Source of the DNA: an uncultured Gemmatimonadaceae bacterium
GTDB lineage: Bacteria; Latescibacterota; UBA2968; UBA8231
Assembly: GCA_964401715.1 (NCBI GenBank)
Contig: CAYNZV010000005.1
Location: forward strand, 2,781 to 66,780
Length of the DNA: 64,000 nt
Reading direction: 5' to 3'
The position numbers and the translations under genes were made by a program. Below are positions 19,232 to 28,688 of the stretch, one piece after another. Positions within the stretch are counted from its first letter, which is position 1. Each line of letters begins with the position of its first letter. Under the pieces are notes generated by a model, which searched no databases, was not told the origin of the DNA, and worked only from the letters and a program-made list of their open reading frames with translations.

Positions 19232-20389
19232 TCACCGCACAGCGTTATAGAGTTCGTTAATGCGGGCAGCTACGCTGCGGTAGTCGTACATGCGGACGGC
19301 CCTGTGGCGGATGGCAGTACGGTCGTAGCGACGATAGTTGTTCAGGATACCTAATATCGCTGACTCCAGCTCGTCCACCGCTCCCACCGAGATCAGAGTT
19401 CCCACGTTGTCGTCCACAGCTTCTTCAGGACCGCCGCAGCGCGTGGATACAACAGGAAGACCGCATGCCATCGCTTCGATCAAAGACAAAGGCAAGCCTT
19501 CTGAAAAACTGGGCAACACAAAGAGGTCAGCAGTTCTCAAGAATTTGGGAATTTCGCCCCAACTGACCTCGCGCACCCAACGGACGTTCTGGCGAACGAG
19601 TCCCAGCTCGTTCATCTGACGTTCGAAGCGATCTTCCAATCCCGTAGCTTCGTTGCCGCCAACCAAGGTAAGCTGCACATCACTGCGCCGTCGTTGCAGC
19701 CGTGCAAAGGCCTCCAGTAGAACACCGATTCCCTTGGCCGGATCGAATCGTCCGATGTATACCAGGTGCCATCCCTCCTTCCCCGGCGTATGGCTCGGAT
19801 CGGGCTTGAAGAGTTCGCAATCAACGCCATTGGGGATGGTGTGGATACGGTCGGCTGGAACCCCAAACTCTTTGACACGGCTAGCCAGATCCGAGCTCAC
19901 GGCAATGACCGCCGCCGCTTCGTTCAACGCGTCCACGATTAACGCCCGCCAAAGGGGGTTGGCGTGCGGTAATTCTTTAATGTCGTGGCCGTGCACAGTG
20001 ACGACTACTGGCACTTCGTTTATACGGCCGTACCGGACAGCTGCATACCCATCCGGGTAGGCACAATGGGCATGAACCAAATCCGGTCTCGTTTCCACAG
20101 ACCGTTCCATGGCAGCAAGATACGAACGCCAAATGTGGGCGAATAGAACCCGCCGGGGCAGCGTCACGTAACGAGGTCGTTGCACCTCTATGCCGTCCAG
20201 TTGTTCTCGTTGAGGCAGGCTCCTGTAGGCACTCCATCGTCGAAAAAACGGAAACGGAAACCAAGGAGTGGGTGCGACGACTTGAATATCGCAGTGATGG
20301 CTGAGAAATCGGACCTGATTGTGGACAAAACTCCCAGCTGTGTGCGAAAGCAAACTTGGGTAGAGATGAGAAGTGACGAGCAGCTTCAC
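19232..20389 (-). CDS. Family 4 (group 1) glycosyltransferase
   Basis: PSFSEGLPLSLIEAMACGLPVVST (EX7E) motif. The start is set to GTG 20389 (GTGA overlap with the upstream stop), giving the N-terminus VKLLVTSHLYP. Confidence 0.85.
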   Translation of the reverse strand: MKLLVTSHLYPSLLSHTAGSFVHNQVRFLSHHCDIQVVAPTPWFPFPFFRRWSAYRSLPQREQLDGIEVQRPRYVTLPRRVLFAHIWRSYLAAMERSVETRPDLVHAHCAYPDGYAAVRYGRINEVPVVVTVHGHDIKELPHANPLWRALIVDALNEAAAVIAVSSDLASRVKEFGVPADRIHTIPNGVDCELFKPDPSHTPGKEGWHLVYIGRFDPAKGIGVLLEAFARLQRRRSDVQLTLVGGNEATGLEDRFERQMNELGLVRQNVRWVREVSWGEIPKFLRTADLFVLPSFSEGLPLSLIEAMACGLPVVSTRCGGPEEAVDDNVGTLISVGAVDELESAILGILNNYRRYDRTAIRHRAVRMYDYRSVAARINELYNAVR

Positions 20390-21822
20390 GAGTCGTTGGC
20401 GTGACTTTCGAGGCGGGCTACCGCAAAGAGCATCCCCGTAAACATCCAGAGAAAGTTGTTGCTGAAATCGGCTGTCAGCGAGAGACTGACTTGAAACGCA
20501 ATAAAGACGGATAGCAGTGAAGTTATCAGTGCCCGTAGATACGGATCGCGCATCCGTTCCAGCGCCCTCAACCCGTGTTTGAGGGTGCGCCACACAATCC
20601 AGACGCTAGCAACCATTCCCACCAGCCCTAGTTCCGCCAATATATTGGCAAACAAGGTGTGGGATTCTTTTGTCGGTACCCAAAAGGGGAAATCTACCGG
20701 CTTGTAGTCGTCGAAAATAATCGGAAACGCACGCCAACCGGCGCCCAGCAGTGGGTGATCCAAGAACATCTTGAATGCGGCGAAGACGAAATAGATTCGG
20801 GCAGAACTTGACTCACGGCCCAACGAACCGAATTGCTCGAAGATGGTAAATATGGAGACAAAACGTAGGAAAATGTGCTCCGCGAACGGCACGAACTCCT
20901 TTGTAGCAAGAATGGCAAAAAACGCCACTGCTGAAACAGCGAAGAGATAGCGCAACTTGCGGGCGAACGCTAACGCCACGACGATGCCTACCATGGCCGC
21001 CAACCAGTTGGCGCGGCTGAAGGTAACAACCAGTCCGGTGAAACCGAAACCCAGCGGGATCAAGGCCAACGCTGTTCTCCACCATCTCGTGCGATAATTG
21101 ACCAGCAGACCAAACAAGAAGACAACCCCGACCATCAGAAACGTTCCGAAAGTATTTGGGTTGTGGAACGTACCTGTGGCCCGTGGCGCATTTGCACCTA
21201 CTGCTATCACGAAACTCGCCGGCAGATAAAAACGCTCGGTGATAATCTGCACGACCCCGAGGACCGAACCGGCAATGAGAACCAGTGCCATGGAAACTAC
21301 GACGGCAGTCATCGCCGCGCGCGTCTCTAGCATCACGATGGTTAAATAAAGAAACAGGGTGAGCACTACGGTGCGCATGAAGCCTATGGTCGCTTCTGCC
21401 TGATTGGGTGTATAGGTAAGTGACAATGCCATTACCCCTAACAGCATGAACAGCGGTCCGGCTAATTCGAACGGCGGAAAATCGGTTCGACGACGGATAA
21501 ACGTGTTCACCACCAAACCGAGGATCATGAGAACCAACGTAAGATGGAAGCCGGTGAAGGGGATTCCAAGAGCTGTCGTTTCGACGATTTTTCCGCTGAT
21601 GTCCAGAGCAGTGGTAGCAATAATGGCCGGAACGATAATCCACGGGTACAACACCAGGAGACTAAGAAAAATACCGGCACCGACACCAACGCCGATCACC
21701 TGAAGCAACTTGATCGGAATGAGCAATATGCCCACGATCAGAACGGCTTGCAGGCACAGAAAGCCTGCAAACCATTTTCGGTTTAGGTAAACGTTGCCGA
21801 GGGGCAGTTTAACCGTGGTCAC
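20386..21822 (-). CDS. O-antigen ligase/polymerase family (Wzy-like) membrane protein
   Basis: 478 aa with about 12 TM helices and a large loop region, typical of Wzy_C/O-antigen ligase proteins. Sits between the flippase and a GT4. Confidence 0.75.
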   Translation of the reverse strand: MTTVKLPLGNVYLNRKWFAGFLCLQAVLIVGILLIPIKLLQVIGVGVGAGIFLSLLVLYPWIIVPAIIATTALDISGKIVETTALGIPFTGFHLTLVLMILGLVVNTFIRRRTDFPPFELAGPLFMLLGVMALSLTYTPNQAEATIGFMRTVVLTLFLYLTIVMLETRAAMTAVVVSMALVLIAGSVLGVVQIITERFYLPASFVIAVGANAPRATGTFHNPNTFGTFLMVGVVFLFGLLVNYRTRWWRTALALIPLGFGFTGLVVTFSRANWLAAMVGIVVALAFARKLRYLFAVSAVAFFAILATKEFVPFAEHIFLRFVSIFTIFEQFGSLGRESSSARIYFVFAAFKMFLDHPLLGAGWRAFPIIFDDYKPVDFPFWVPTKESHTLFANILAELGLVGMVASVWIVWRTLKHGLRALERMRDPYLRALITSLLSVFIAFQVSLSLTADFSNNFLWMFTGMLFAVARLESHANDS

Positions 21823-21893
21823 GAAGCGCCGGCAAGCTGTGTTTCAGGAAACCCAAGAGGAAACGTATGGCGGAAGGTGCGCTATCTCGGCGC

Positions 21894-23123
21894 TTATTCA
21901 TTTATAGTACCGTCTGTCGCGGGAGGACGCAAGAACTCGATCGGCGTGAGCCCCGAATAGCGCAGGAAGCACAGTGTCACCATCAGCGCCCAGAAGCCGT
22001 AAGAAATTGAGGTGGATATGGCCGCGCCGATCAAGCCCATCTTGGGGATCAGCATTAGATTCAATACGATGTTCAGCAATAGGGCGATGGCAGGCAGTAT
22101 GATGGTAACCGGCGGATAACCACAACCTGCAAGTTTGGTGTTTAGAACCGAACCAAAACCGGCTAGAAGCAGCCCTGGAAGCATCCAGGTCAATGGCAGG
22201 TAGGCGTCGCCGTACTTGGGGAAAGTATGAGCGAGGAGCAGATCGCCCCAAAACAGTAGGATCCCCCCAGTTAATAAGGAAAATATAAATGTTCCGCGGG
22301 CAACCTGCACAGTAGTACGGGTATTATCTTCATCACCCCGAATTACTTTGGGCAGCAGCACCAATCCGGCGACATTCGGTAAACGCTGCATCATCTCGGC
22401 GAAGTTCGTGGACACCTTATATACACCTAGCGCTCCCTCGCCGAGAATGTATTCGACTAGGTAAAGGTCACTGCGAAACATCAGAAATATCAGGGTCACC
22501 GAAGTTGCCCCGCGCAAACCTACGACGAACGTCTGGCGAAAAATGGCGGTGTTTGCGTTCCAACATGTGGACCCGGGTAGCAAAAATATAACACCAAGCA
22601 ACGCAGCAATCAGGCTTGCGGCAAACCAAGCGAATAACACCTCTCTGAGATCGAGCCCCATGAGATAGACGAAACTGTTTCCCGCTAAATAGGTTGCTAC
22701 AAAGACCAGCGGTATCGAGGAGTACAATTTGAGACGATCTTCGCCTATAGCGATCGCTTCTGCGGCCTTTCGCAACAGGGTTACTGCCAGTAAGACAACT
22801 AGCATCGTCGCCGCGGTGCGATCGAGCCAAGGCTGAATGAAAACCAACGGCAAGAGAGCCAAGCCGAGCAGTAGCGAATACAGTATGGCGTTGTGCAATA
22901 CGGCATGTCTGGTCTTGCTTGTGCCGACAACGTAGGTACTGCCGCGGGCCAGCCACTCCCCTAAAACCATGGAGCCGATGGTCACCGTGTTGAGCCACAG
23001 CGCCAGGCGTCCGTAAGCCTCTCTACCCAAGTGGTCCGCCAACAACGCTTGGTTGACGAACCCGAGAACGAAAACGAGCCCCGTGGCGCCAGTCGTCAGC
23101 GAAAATCCACGAATGAAATTCAT
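21894..23123 (-). CDS. Polysaccharide flippase (Wzx/MOP superfamily)
   Basis: 409 aa with about 12 TM helices. Sequence style and locus context match polysaccharide biosynthesis (PST) transporters. Confidence 0.75.
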   Translation of the reverse strand: MNFIRGFSLTTGATGLVFVLGFVNQALLADHLGREAYGRLALWLNTVTIGSMVLGEWLARGSTYVVGTSKTRHAVLHNAILYSLLLGLALLPLVFIQPWLDRTAATMLVVLLAVTLLRKAAEAIAIGEDRLKLYSSIPLVFVATYLAGNSFVYLMGLDLREVLFAWFAASLIAALLGVIFLLPGSTCWNANTAIFRQTFVVGLRGATSVTLIFLMFRSDLYLVEYILGEGALGVYKVSTNFAEMMQRLPNVAGLVLLPKVIRGDEDNTRTTVQVARGTFIFSLLTGGILLFWGDLLLAHTFPKYGDAYLPLTWMLPGLLLAGFGSVLNTKLAGCGYPPVTIILPAIALLLNIVLNLMLIPKMGLIGAAISTSISYGFWALMVTLCFLRYSGLTPIEFLRPPATDGTINE

Positions 23124-23162
23124 TCCGGGTGAATCGTTGGTCCCATAAACGGGACGATCTGT

Positions 23163-24500
23163 TCAGGAACGAAGGTGGGCAAGAATCTCGTCCCGTTTCA
23201 TCGCCATCGTCGTCGGATCCAAGGCCTCGAGATTCATTCGCAGCAATGGCTCGGTGTTGGAAGGACGAACGTTGAAGTGCCAGTCATCATAGCTAACGGA
23301 GATGCCATCCAGACGCTCGATATGACCGTCCGCGTAGGTACGGCCAAGGGACTCGACTTTTTCTTCGGGGTTGTCCACGGTGGAGTTGATCTCACCGGTT
23401 ATATGGTAACACTGCTCCAAACTTGTGAGGAAATTAGAGAGCGGTTGTGCCTTGCGGGAAAGCATCTCCAACACAAAAAGCGCCGGAACAATCCCCGAAT
23501 CGGCGCCAAAAAACTCCTCGAAATAGTAGTGCCCGCTCAGTTCACCGGCAAAAACCGCGCCTTCATTGGCCATTCTAGATTTCAAAAAAGCGTGGCCCAC
23601 ACGTTCCTTCAGGGCTATACCTCCCGCCGCCTCGACCCAGTCTCTCACCGCCCACGAACAGCGAACGTCGTAGACGATCTTGGCTCCGGGATGTCTCGTG
23701 AGCATGTAACATGCCAGCAGGGCAGTGACGTAGTCGCCAGGAACGAACCTGCCACGATCGTCAATGAGAAAAAAGCGGTCACCGTCGCCGTCAAACGCAA
23801 AACCAAGGTTGGCCCCTTCGTCGACCACTCGGCGCTGCAGATCCGCGCGGTTTTGTGCCTGCATGGGGTCCAACCCGTGCTGGGGATTGCCATTTGGTTC
23901 CAGATTCATGCAATCTAGTTGGATGGGAAGACGTCGACAGACCCGCTCCAAAATCGGACCGACCATGCCGTTGCCGGTGTCGGCGACGACCCGCAACGGT
24001 TTTAAGGCCTCGACATCGATCAACCCCAGCACACAGTCCACAAAATCCGCACTTATATCGACCTGTGCCACAGTACCCGTTTTGGTTGTGGTTCCGTACC
24101 TATCGTTCTCGATGATGCGGCGCAGATCCCCGATAGCTTCGTCGCCGCTAAGCACGTACGGCATGTCGCGGACCATCTTGAATCCGTTGTAATGTGGCGG
24201 GTTATGAGAGGCGGTAATCATCAAACCCGGCAACCGTCGGGTGGCACATGCAAAGTAGTATTGATCCGTGCTCACCAAGCCCAAATCGAGCACATCCACT
24301 CCCTGAGCACACAACCCGCTGACCAATTCTGCCCGGAGTTGGGGACCAGACAGCCGCATGTCGCGTCCAACGATGACCTTTGCTGGTTCCAGATATGTGG
24401 CAAAGGCCCGACCTAGTGCGTAGGCGAAGTATTCATCCAGCTGGTCGGGATAAGTACCGCGGATATCGTACGCTTTGAATATCGAGGGATCTACTCGCAC
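23163..24500 (-). CDS. Phosphomannomutase/phosphoglucomutase
   Basis: Phosphoserine loop ITASHNPPHYNGFK and Mg site FDGDGDRFFLID. Resembles alpha-D-phosphohexomutases over its full length. Confidence 0.93.
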   Translation of the reverse strand: MRVDPSIFKAYDIRGTYPDQLDEYFAYALGRAFATYLEPAKVIVGRDMRLSGPQLRAELVSGLCAQGVDVLDLGLVSTDQYYFACATRRLPGLMITASHNPPHYNGFKMVRDMPYVLSGDEAIGDLRRIIENDRYGTTTKTGTVAQVDISADFVDCVLGLIDVEALKPLRVVADTGNGMVGPILERVCRRLPIQLDCMNLEPNGNPQHGLDPMQAQNRADLQRRVVDEGANLGFAFDGDGDRFFLIDDRGRFVPGDYVTALLACYMLTRHPGAKIVYDVRCSWAVRDWVEAAGGIALKERVGHAFLKSRMANEGAVFAGELSGHYYFEEFFGADSGIVPALFVLEMLSRKAQPLSNFLTSLEQCYHITGEINSTVDNPEEKVESLGRTYADGHIERLDGISVSYDDWHFNVRPSNTEPLLRMNLEALDPTTMAMKRDEILAHLRS

Positions 24501-24510
24501 CCAGCGTCTT

Positions 24511-25581
24511 CTAGGTGAAGCGGCGCAATGTAATGTCGAGGCAGCGCATGCCGCCAGCGGCGGGGTGATGCTGGATTAGAATTGGGCTCTGGTATTGTCC
24601 TAGAACAATCTTTTGCGGACCGGTTTCGAGACTGTTGGAAACCGGCAAACTGATGTGGCGTTTCAAGCGCAGAAATCGCGAGGCGGGGGTCGACATTGCG
24701 GAGACAATTCGATCTATCAACCAGCGTCCCACGGGCACTGTATCTAAGAGTTCGTTATAGAGGTGAATCAAATCGTAGGCGGCGTAATCTCGGGTTTTGC
24801 TCGGAATAGTGGTGGGATGGCGCAATAGCTTGCGACCGCGGTTTACCATGTACTTCAGTGGATCGCGAAGCACTTCCGGCAGATCGTTGCGCATCAGCAG
24901 CGTTTCGTACTCGTTAACCGTCAACCCGACATGCCGCTCTTCCGGCGCCAAACGCAAGTCGAACCGGCCTTTTTCGACGCCCTGTACTTTGACCCATTCC
25001 GCCAGCTGGTCGAACAGGCCGAAACGTAAGTCAGACAAGTTAAAGGATTCGATAGTACGGTTGGACGAAACAGGCAAGGGTATGCGCTGGCGATGCACGA
25101 TTTCGGCTCCGTTGTACGCCAGAATCGCGGTCTTGCGTTCGCGGCGGCGTTGGTTGTAGATGCCGTCGAGCTCGATGAAATAAACGGGCTGCTGACGCCG
25201 GTGGATGTAAGTGACGCAGTTTTTCAATCCGGCGCTGATAAAAGCCAAGTGAGAGTCCGCGTTGAGCGGTTCGGTCTCTTTTTCCCGTGCGCTCAACTCT
25301 TCGCGGAGCTGCAAGCTATCGTGCGAATATCCTGCCGCGGGTGGAAAGATCCGCTGAATGAGCCTGAAGAAGGGGTCCAACTGTCGGCGGCTGTGCCCCA
25401 AACGGGCGCATACACCTTGCTCCAAGTAACCGGCTGTTGTGTGAAGGGAGCAGTATTGTACCTTGCGGAATCCCCCGAAACCGTCGCCGAGCTTCTCCTC
25501 GATTCTCTTGGCGACATCAATGATTTCGAATCTCGATCGGGGGGTGATAGACAGAGTGACTTCTACCGGTCCTGCTGTCAT
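24511..25581 (-). CDS. Tandem YjbQ/UPF0047-fold protein (function unknown)
   Basis: Residues 1-150 align with YjbQ (SITPRSRFEIIDV, SLHTTAGYLEQ, YSHD, NADSHL). Residues 170-356 look like a second, more divergent copy (GLTVNEYE ... IVLGQYQSPILIQHH). Confidence 0.6.
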   Translation of the reverse strand: MTAGPVEVTLSITPRSRFEIIDVAKRIEEKLGDGFGGFRKVQYCSLHTTAGYLEQGVCARLGHSRRQLDPFFRLIQRIFPPAAGYSHDSLQLREELSAREKETEPLNADSHLAFISAGLKNCVTYIHRRQQPVYFIELDGIYNQRRRERKTAILAYNGAEIVHRQRIPLPVSSNRTIESFNLSDLRFGLFDQLAEWVKVQGVEKGRFDLRLAPEERHVGLTVNEYETLLMRNDLPEVLRDPLKYMVNRGRKLLRHPTTIPSKTRDYAAYDLIHLYNELLDTVPVGRWLIDRIVSAMSTPASRFLRLKRHISLPVSNSLETGPQKIVLGQYQSPILIQHHPAAGGMRCLDITLRRFT

Positions 25582-25679
25582 GCGATCGTCTCCGAAAGGC
25601 GGAATTTGTGCGCGGGCGTTACTTTGTGCAGAGATTGCAATAAAATACCAAGCTCGCGAGGTCCACGCAACAGGAGGTT

Positions 25680-26183
25680 TTGGTGAAAATCTTGATGATC
25701 ATGCGCCATGCAAAATCGGATTACCCACAGAAGGTGACGGAAGACATTCAGCGCCCGCTGAACCGACGTGGCCGGAAGGATGTGCCCCGCATGGCACATC
25801 TCTTAAAATCCTACGGCGCTGTCCCGGATCAAATCATAAGTTCGCCTGCGGTTCGGGCTCACGAGACGGCCGCCGGCCTACGCTCCGCCCTTGGAATGTC
25901 CGCAGACGCGCTAATTACCGTTGATAGGCTATATCTGGCTTCTCCATTGGAGTTATTTGCTTGCGTTCGCCAGATCGACGACCACGTAGGTTCGATCGTG
26001 CTTGTCGCTCACAATCCAGGGCTGGAAGAATGGATTTCGGCCCTTTGTGGAGGTGCTGTACGGCTTCCCACAGCCGCGATTGCCGCTTTGTCATTCGACC
26101 GAACCAAGTGGTCTGCGATCGGTGATAATCGGTGTGTGCTGGAGTGGTTCGTCATGCCTAAATTACTCAAAATATTGGAGTAG
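25680..26183 (+). CDS. sixA: Phosphohistidine phosphatase SixA-like (histidine phosphatase superfamily)
   Basis: 167 aa with the N-terminal catalytic RHAKS motif and a later LVAHNPG segment. Confidence 0.75.
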   Translation: MVKILMIMRHAKSDYPQKVTEDIQRPLNRRGRKDVPRMAHLLKSYGAVPDQIISSPAVRAHETAAGLRSALGMSADALITVDRLYLASPLELFACVRQIDDHVGSIVLVAHNPGLEEWISALCGGAVRLPTAAIAALSFDRTKWSAIGDNRCVLEWFVMPKLLKILE

Positions 26184-26209
26184 GCAAGACGAGTTGGCGA
26201 CCGGCAGCG

Positions 26210-27175
26210 TTAGCGTTCGTAGTCAGCGATGATTCGGGAAAGGGCTTCGTCCAGATCCACCTTGGGATCGTATCCGACGCAATTGCGTATCTTTTCCAGT
26301 TCGGGCGCACGGTATATGAGGTCTTCGTAAGTGCCCTTGGGCCAGGCCTGCTCGTACGGGATAAACTCCACTTCTGATTTGCTTCCCGTAAGCTCCTTGA
26401 TGAGAAATGCCAGCTCTTTGATGCTAATTTCGAAGTTGGAGCCTAGATTAAAGATCTCACCAACTGCGTCGTCGGCATTGGCCAGTCCCACGAGCCCGTC
26501 CAACGCATCTTCAATGAACGTCCAACAGCGGCGTTGTTCACCATCCCCGAAAACGGTGATCGGGTGGCCCAACAGAGCCTGTTTCACAAACCTTGGTACC
26601 ACCATACCATAGTCGCCCGTCTGCCGTGGCCCAATAATATTAAATGGGCGGACAATTACGCACGGGAGTCGTTTTTCGCGCCAATAAGCCTGGGCAAATA
26701 GCTCGTCCACTGCTTTTGAGGTTGAATAGAGCCAACGGATGACAGTAGTGGGACCGAGAATGCGGTCGCTGTCTTCACGGAACGGAACATGACCATTTTT
26801 TTTGCCGTAAATTTCGGAGGTGGAGGCGAGTACCACCTTCTTTTTATTTTCGTTGGCAAGTTCGAGGACAATCTCTGTACCGCGAATGTTGGTGGTCAAA
26901 GACAACAGAGGATTGTCGATGATGAAATTCACCCCCACCGCAGCAGCCAAATGGTAGATCAGATCGCAACCGCCGACGAGTTCCTGCATCACCTCCACGT
27001 TGAGCACGTCGTCGATAACACAATGGAACCGAGGGTTGGCCTCCAGATGGTGGACGTTGCTCATCATTCCGGTCGACAGGTTGTCGATAATCGACACCTC
27101 GTCTCCCATGCCTAGATGGCGTTCCGCTAGATGAGAGCCTATAAACCCCGCACCGCCCGTAATCACTACGTTCAC
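26210..27175 (-). CDS. NAD-dependent sugar-nucleotide dehydratase/decarboxylase (ArnA C-terminal / UXS-like SDR)
   Basis: Contains GGAGFIGSHL and the YSTSK catalytic pair. ASTSEIYGK...ILGPTTVIRWLYSTSKAVDELF...VRPFNIIGPR closely parallels the UDP-glucuronate decarboxylase domain of ArnA. Confidence 0.85.
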   Translation of the reverse strand: MNVVITGGAGFIGSHLAERHLGMGDEVSIIDNLSTGMMSNVHHLEANPRFHCVIDDVLNVEVMQELVGGCDLIYHLAAAVGVNFIIDNPLLSLTTNIRGTEIVLELANENKKKVVLASTSEIYGKKNGHVPFREDSDRILGPTTVIRWLYSTSKAVDELFAQAYWREKRLPCVIVRPFNIIGPRQTGDYGMVVPRFVKQALLGHPITVFGDGEQRRCWTFIEDALDGLVGLANADDAVGEIFNLGSNFEISIKELAFLIKELTGSKSEVEFIPYEQAWPKGTYEDLIYRAPELEKIRNCVGYDPKVDLDEALSRIIADYER

Positions 27176-27846
27176 GACAAAGTACCGTTCTTTGCTTTAG
27201 GGCCTTCCCAACCGTGCACGAGGAAATCCCGGCTTAGCCGCAGTGTGTCAAGTCTGCTCCAATCCGCAGTTTTCAGCAAGCTATCAATGTCCGTTTCAGA
27301 GTAGAAAAACACCGGGCAGCCGTGCATTCGCAGTCGCAACCAACGGCTTAACGTACGCGTCGTCCACCGTTTTGGGAAACTCATCACGAAGGTGCTAGTC
27401 GTGAGTCCGCAGATTTTGCGCACAAAGGGCTCCGGATCTTGAATATAGTCAAAAAACCCTATGGCTAGGGAAATATCGAAGTGATGAGGCTCATGCCAGC
27501 TCAAAAAATCGCCTACTTCGAAGGTACAGCGCTCTTCGAATCCAGCGATGGCCGCAGCTTTGCGGGCCCGTTCTACCATGACAGGTGCAAAATCCAAACC
27601 GACGACTTGGGCACCACGGCGCGCAAACTCGACGCAGTAGTTGCCCGGCCCACATCCCACATCCAAGATCTTTTTGCCTTCAACGGAACCGCACAGGTCC
27701 AGCGTCAATTGGAAACGCTGGTGAATAACTCGGCGAAAAAGAAAATCAACCAGCCGTTGAGAAACTGCTTTTTCGCGCGAGTAAATCGCCTGGAAACGAT
27801 CCGCCTCCCCGTCAAAAAAAGTTCGAACCTGTTCAGCTTGGGTCAC
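27172..27846 (-). CDS. Class I SAM-dependent methyltransferase
   Basis: Motif I ILDVGCGPGNY followed by VVGLD. 224 aa. 4-nt overlaps with both neighbours. Confidence 0.8.
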   Translation of the reverse strand: MTQAEQVRTFFDGEADRFQAIYSREKAVSQRLVDFLFRRVIHQRFQLTLDLCGSVEGKKILDVGCGPGNYCVEFARRGAQVVGLDFAPVMVERARKAAAIAGFEERCTFEVGDFLSWHEPHHFDISLAIGFFDYIQDPEPFVRKICGLTTSTFVMSFPKRWTTRTLSRWLRLRMHGCPVFFYSETDIDSLLKTADWSRLDTLRLSRDFLVHGWEGPKAKNGTLS

Positions 27847-28688
27847 GGTGTTTGCTGAAGATCCTGACGACGTTCGAGCAAGCGGGCCATGGTCGTGAAA
27901 CGAAAATCAGCCAAAAGCCGTTGCAGGCGCCCCACTACAGCATCCAAATTCCAATAGTGGATGACTCCGATTCGCCGTGGCAATTCGACGCGAGGTTGCT
28001 CAGGGTCGAGTTCCCACGGATGAATATAAAATATTGCAGAATTTCCACTTGCATTGATTTGACGAAGCCCGTATCGCGTTACCACATACGGGAATATACG
28101 GAAATAGGCACCGCCTCCCAAAGGGATTCTGTGCCCCATTGCAAGGAATGTAGACACGGGGAATTCAATGAGGCCGGAGTGCGGTTCGAAGGGCCATCGG
28201 GGGGCATCAGGGATACCGTAGCGGTAGTTGCGTATGGGAAACACGCTGGAATCGTAGGCCAACCCGCATTCGGTGAGGATCTCGAACGCCCATTCGGCGT
28301 CACGGGTAATAGAAAAAAAAGGGGCCCGATGTCCGATGACCGCGCCCACAGCACGGTCTATCATCTCGAGAGACCTTTGCAGGTCTTCCCTGAACGCATC
28401 TTTCCCGAGCCGGTAAACAAACTGATGGGCGTATCCGTGGGTACCGATTTCGTGGCCGGCTGCATGGATGTCGCGCACCAAATCAGGATGATGTTCAGCC
28501 ACATGTCCGAGCACGAAGAAAGTGGCTTTGACGTTGGCAGTCTCGAGCAGGCTCAACAACCTCTCTGTGCCGATGCGAATGCGGGTCTCAAACCGTCCCC
28601 AGTCAGTCGTGGTGATTTCCAAACCTTGATACCAATCTTCCAGATCCACGGTGAAGGCGTTTTCGATGGCAGCTGCGTCTGTGTTCAC
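27843..28688 (-). CDS. Polysaccharide deacetylase (EPS-locus subfamily with DUF3473-like C-terminus)
   Basis: The N-terminal FTVDLEDWYQG, the HGYAHQ metal site and the C-terminal extension are typical of the exopolysaccharide-locus deacetylase subfamily. Confidence 0.85.
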   Translation of the reverse strand: MNTDAAAIENAFTVDLEDWYQGLEITTTDWGRFETRIRIGTERLLSLLETANVKATFFVLGHVAEHHPDLVRDIHAAGHEIGTHGYAHQFVYRLGKDAFREDLQRSLEMIDRAVGAVIGHRAPFFSITRDAEWAFEILTECGLAYDSSVFPIRNYRYGIPDAPRWPFEPHSGLIEFPVSTFLAMGHRIPLGGGAYFRIFPYVVTRYGLRQINASGNSAIFYIHPWELDPEQPRVELPRRIGVIHYWNLDAVVGRLQRLLADFRFTTMARLLERRQDLQQTP

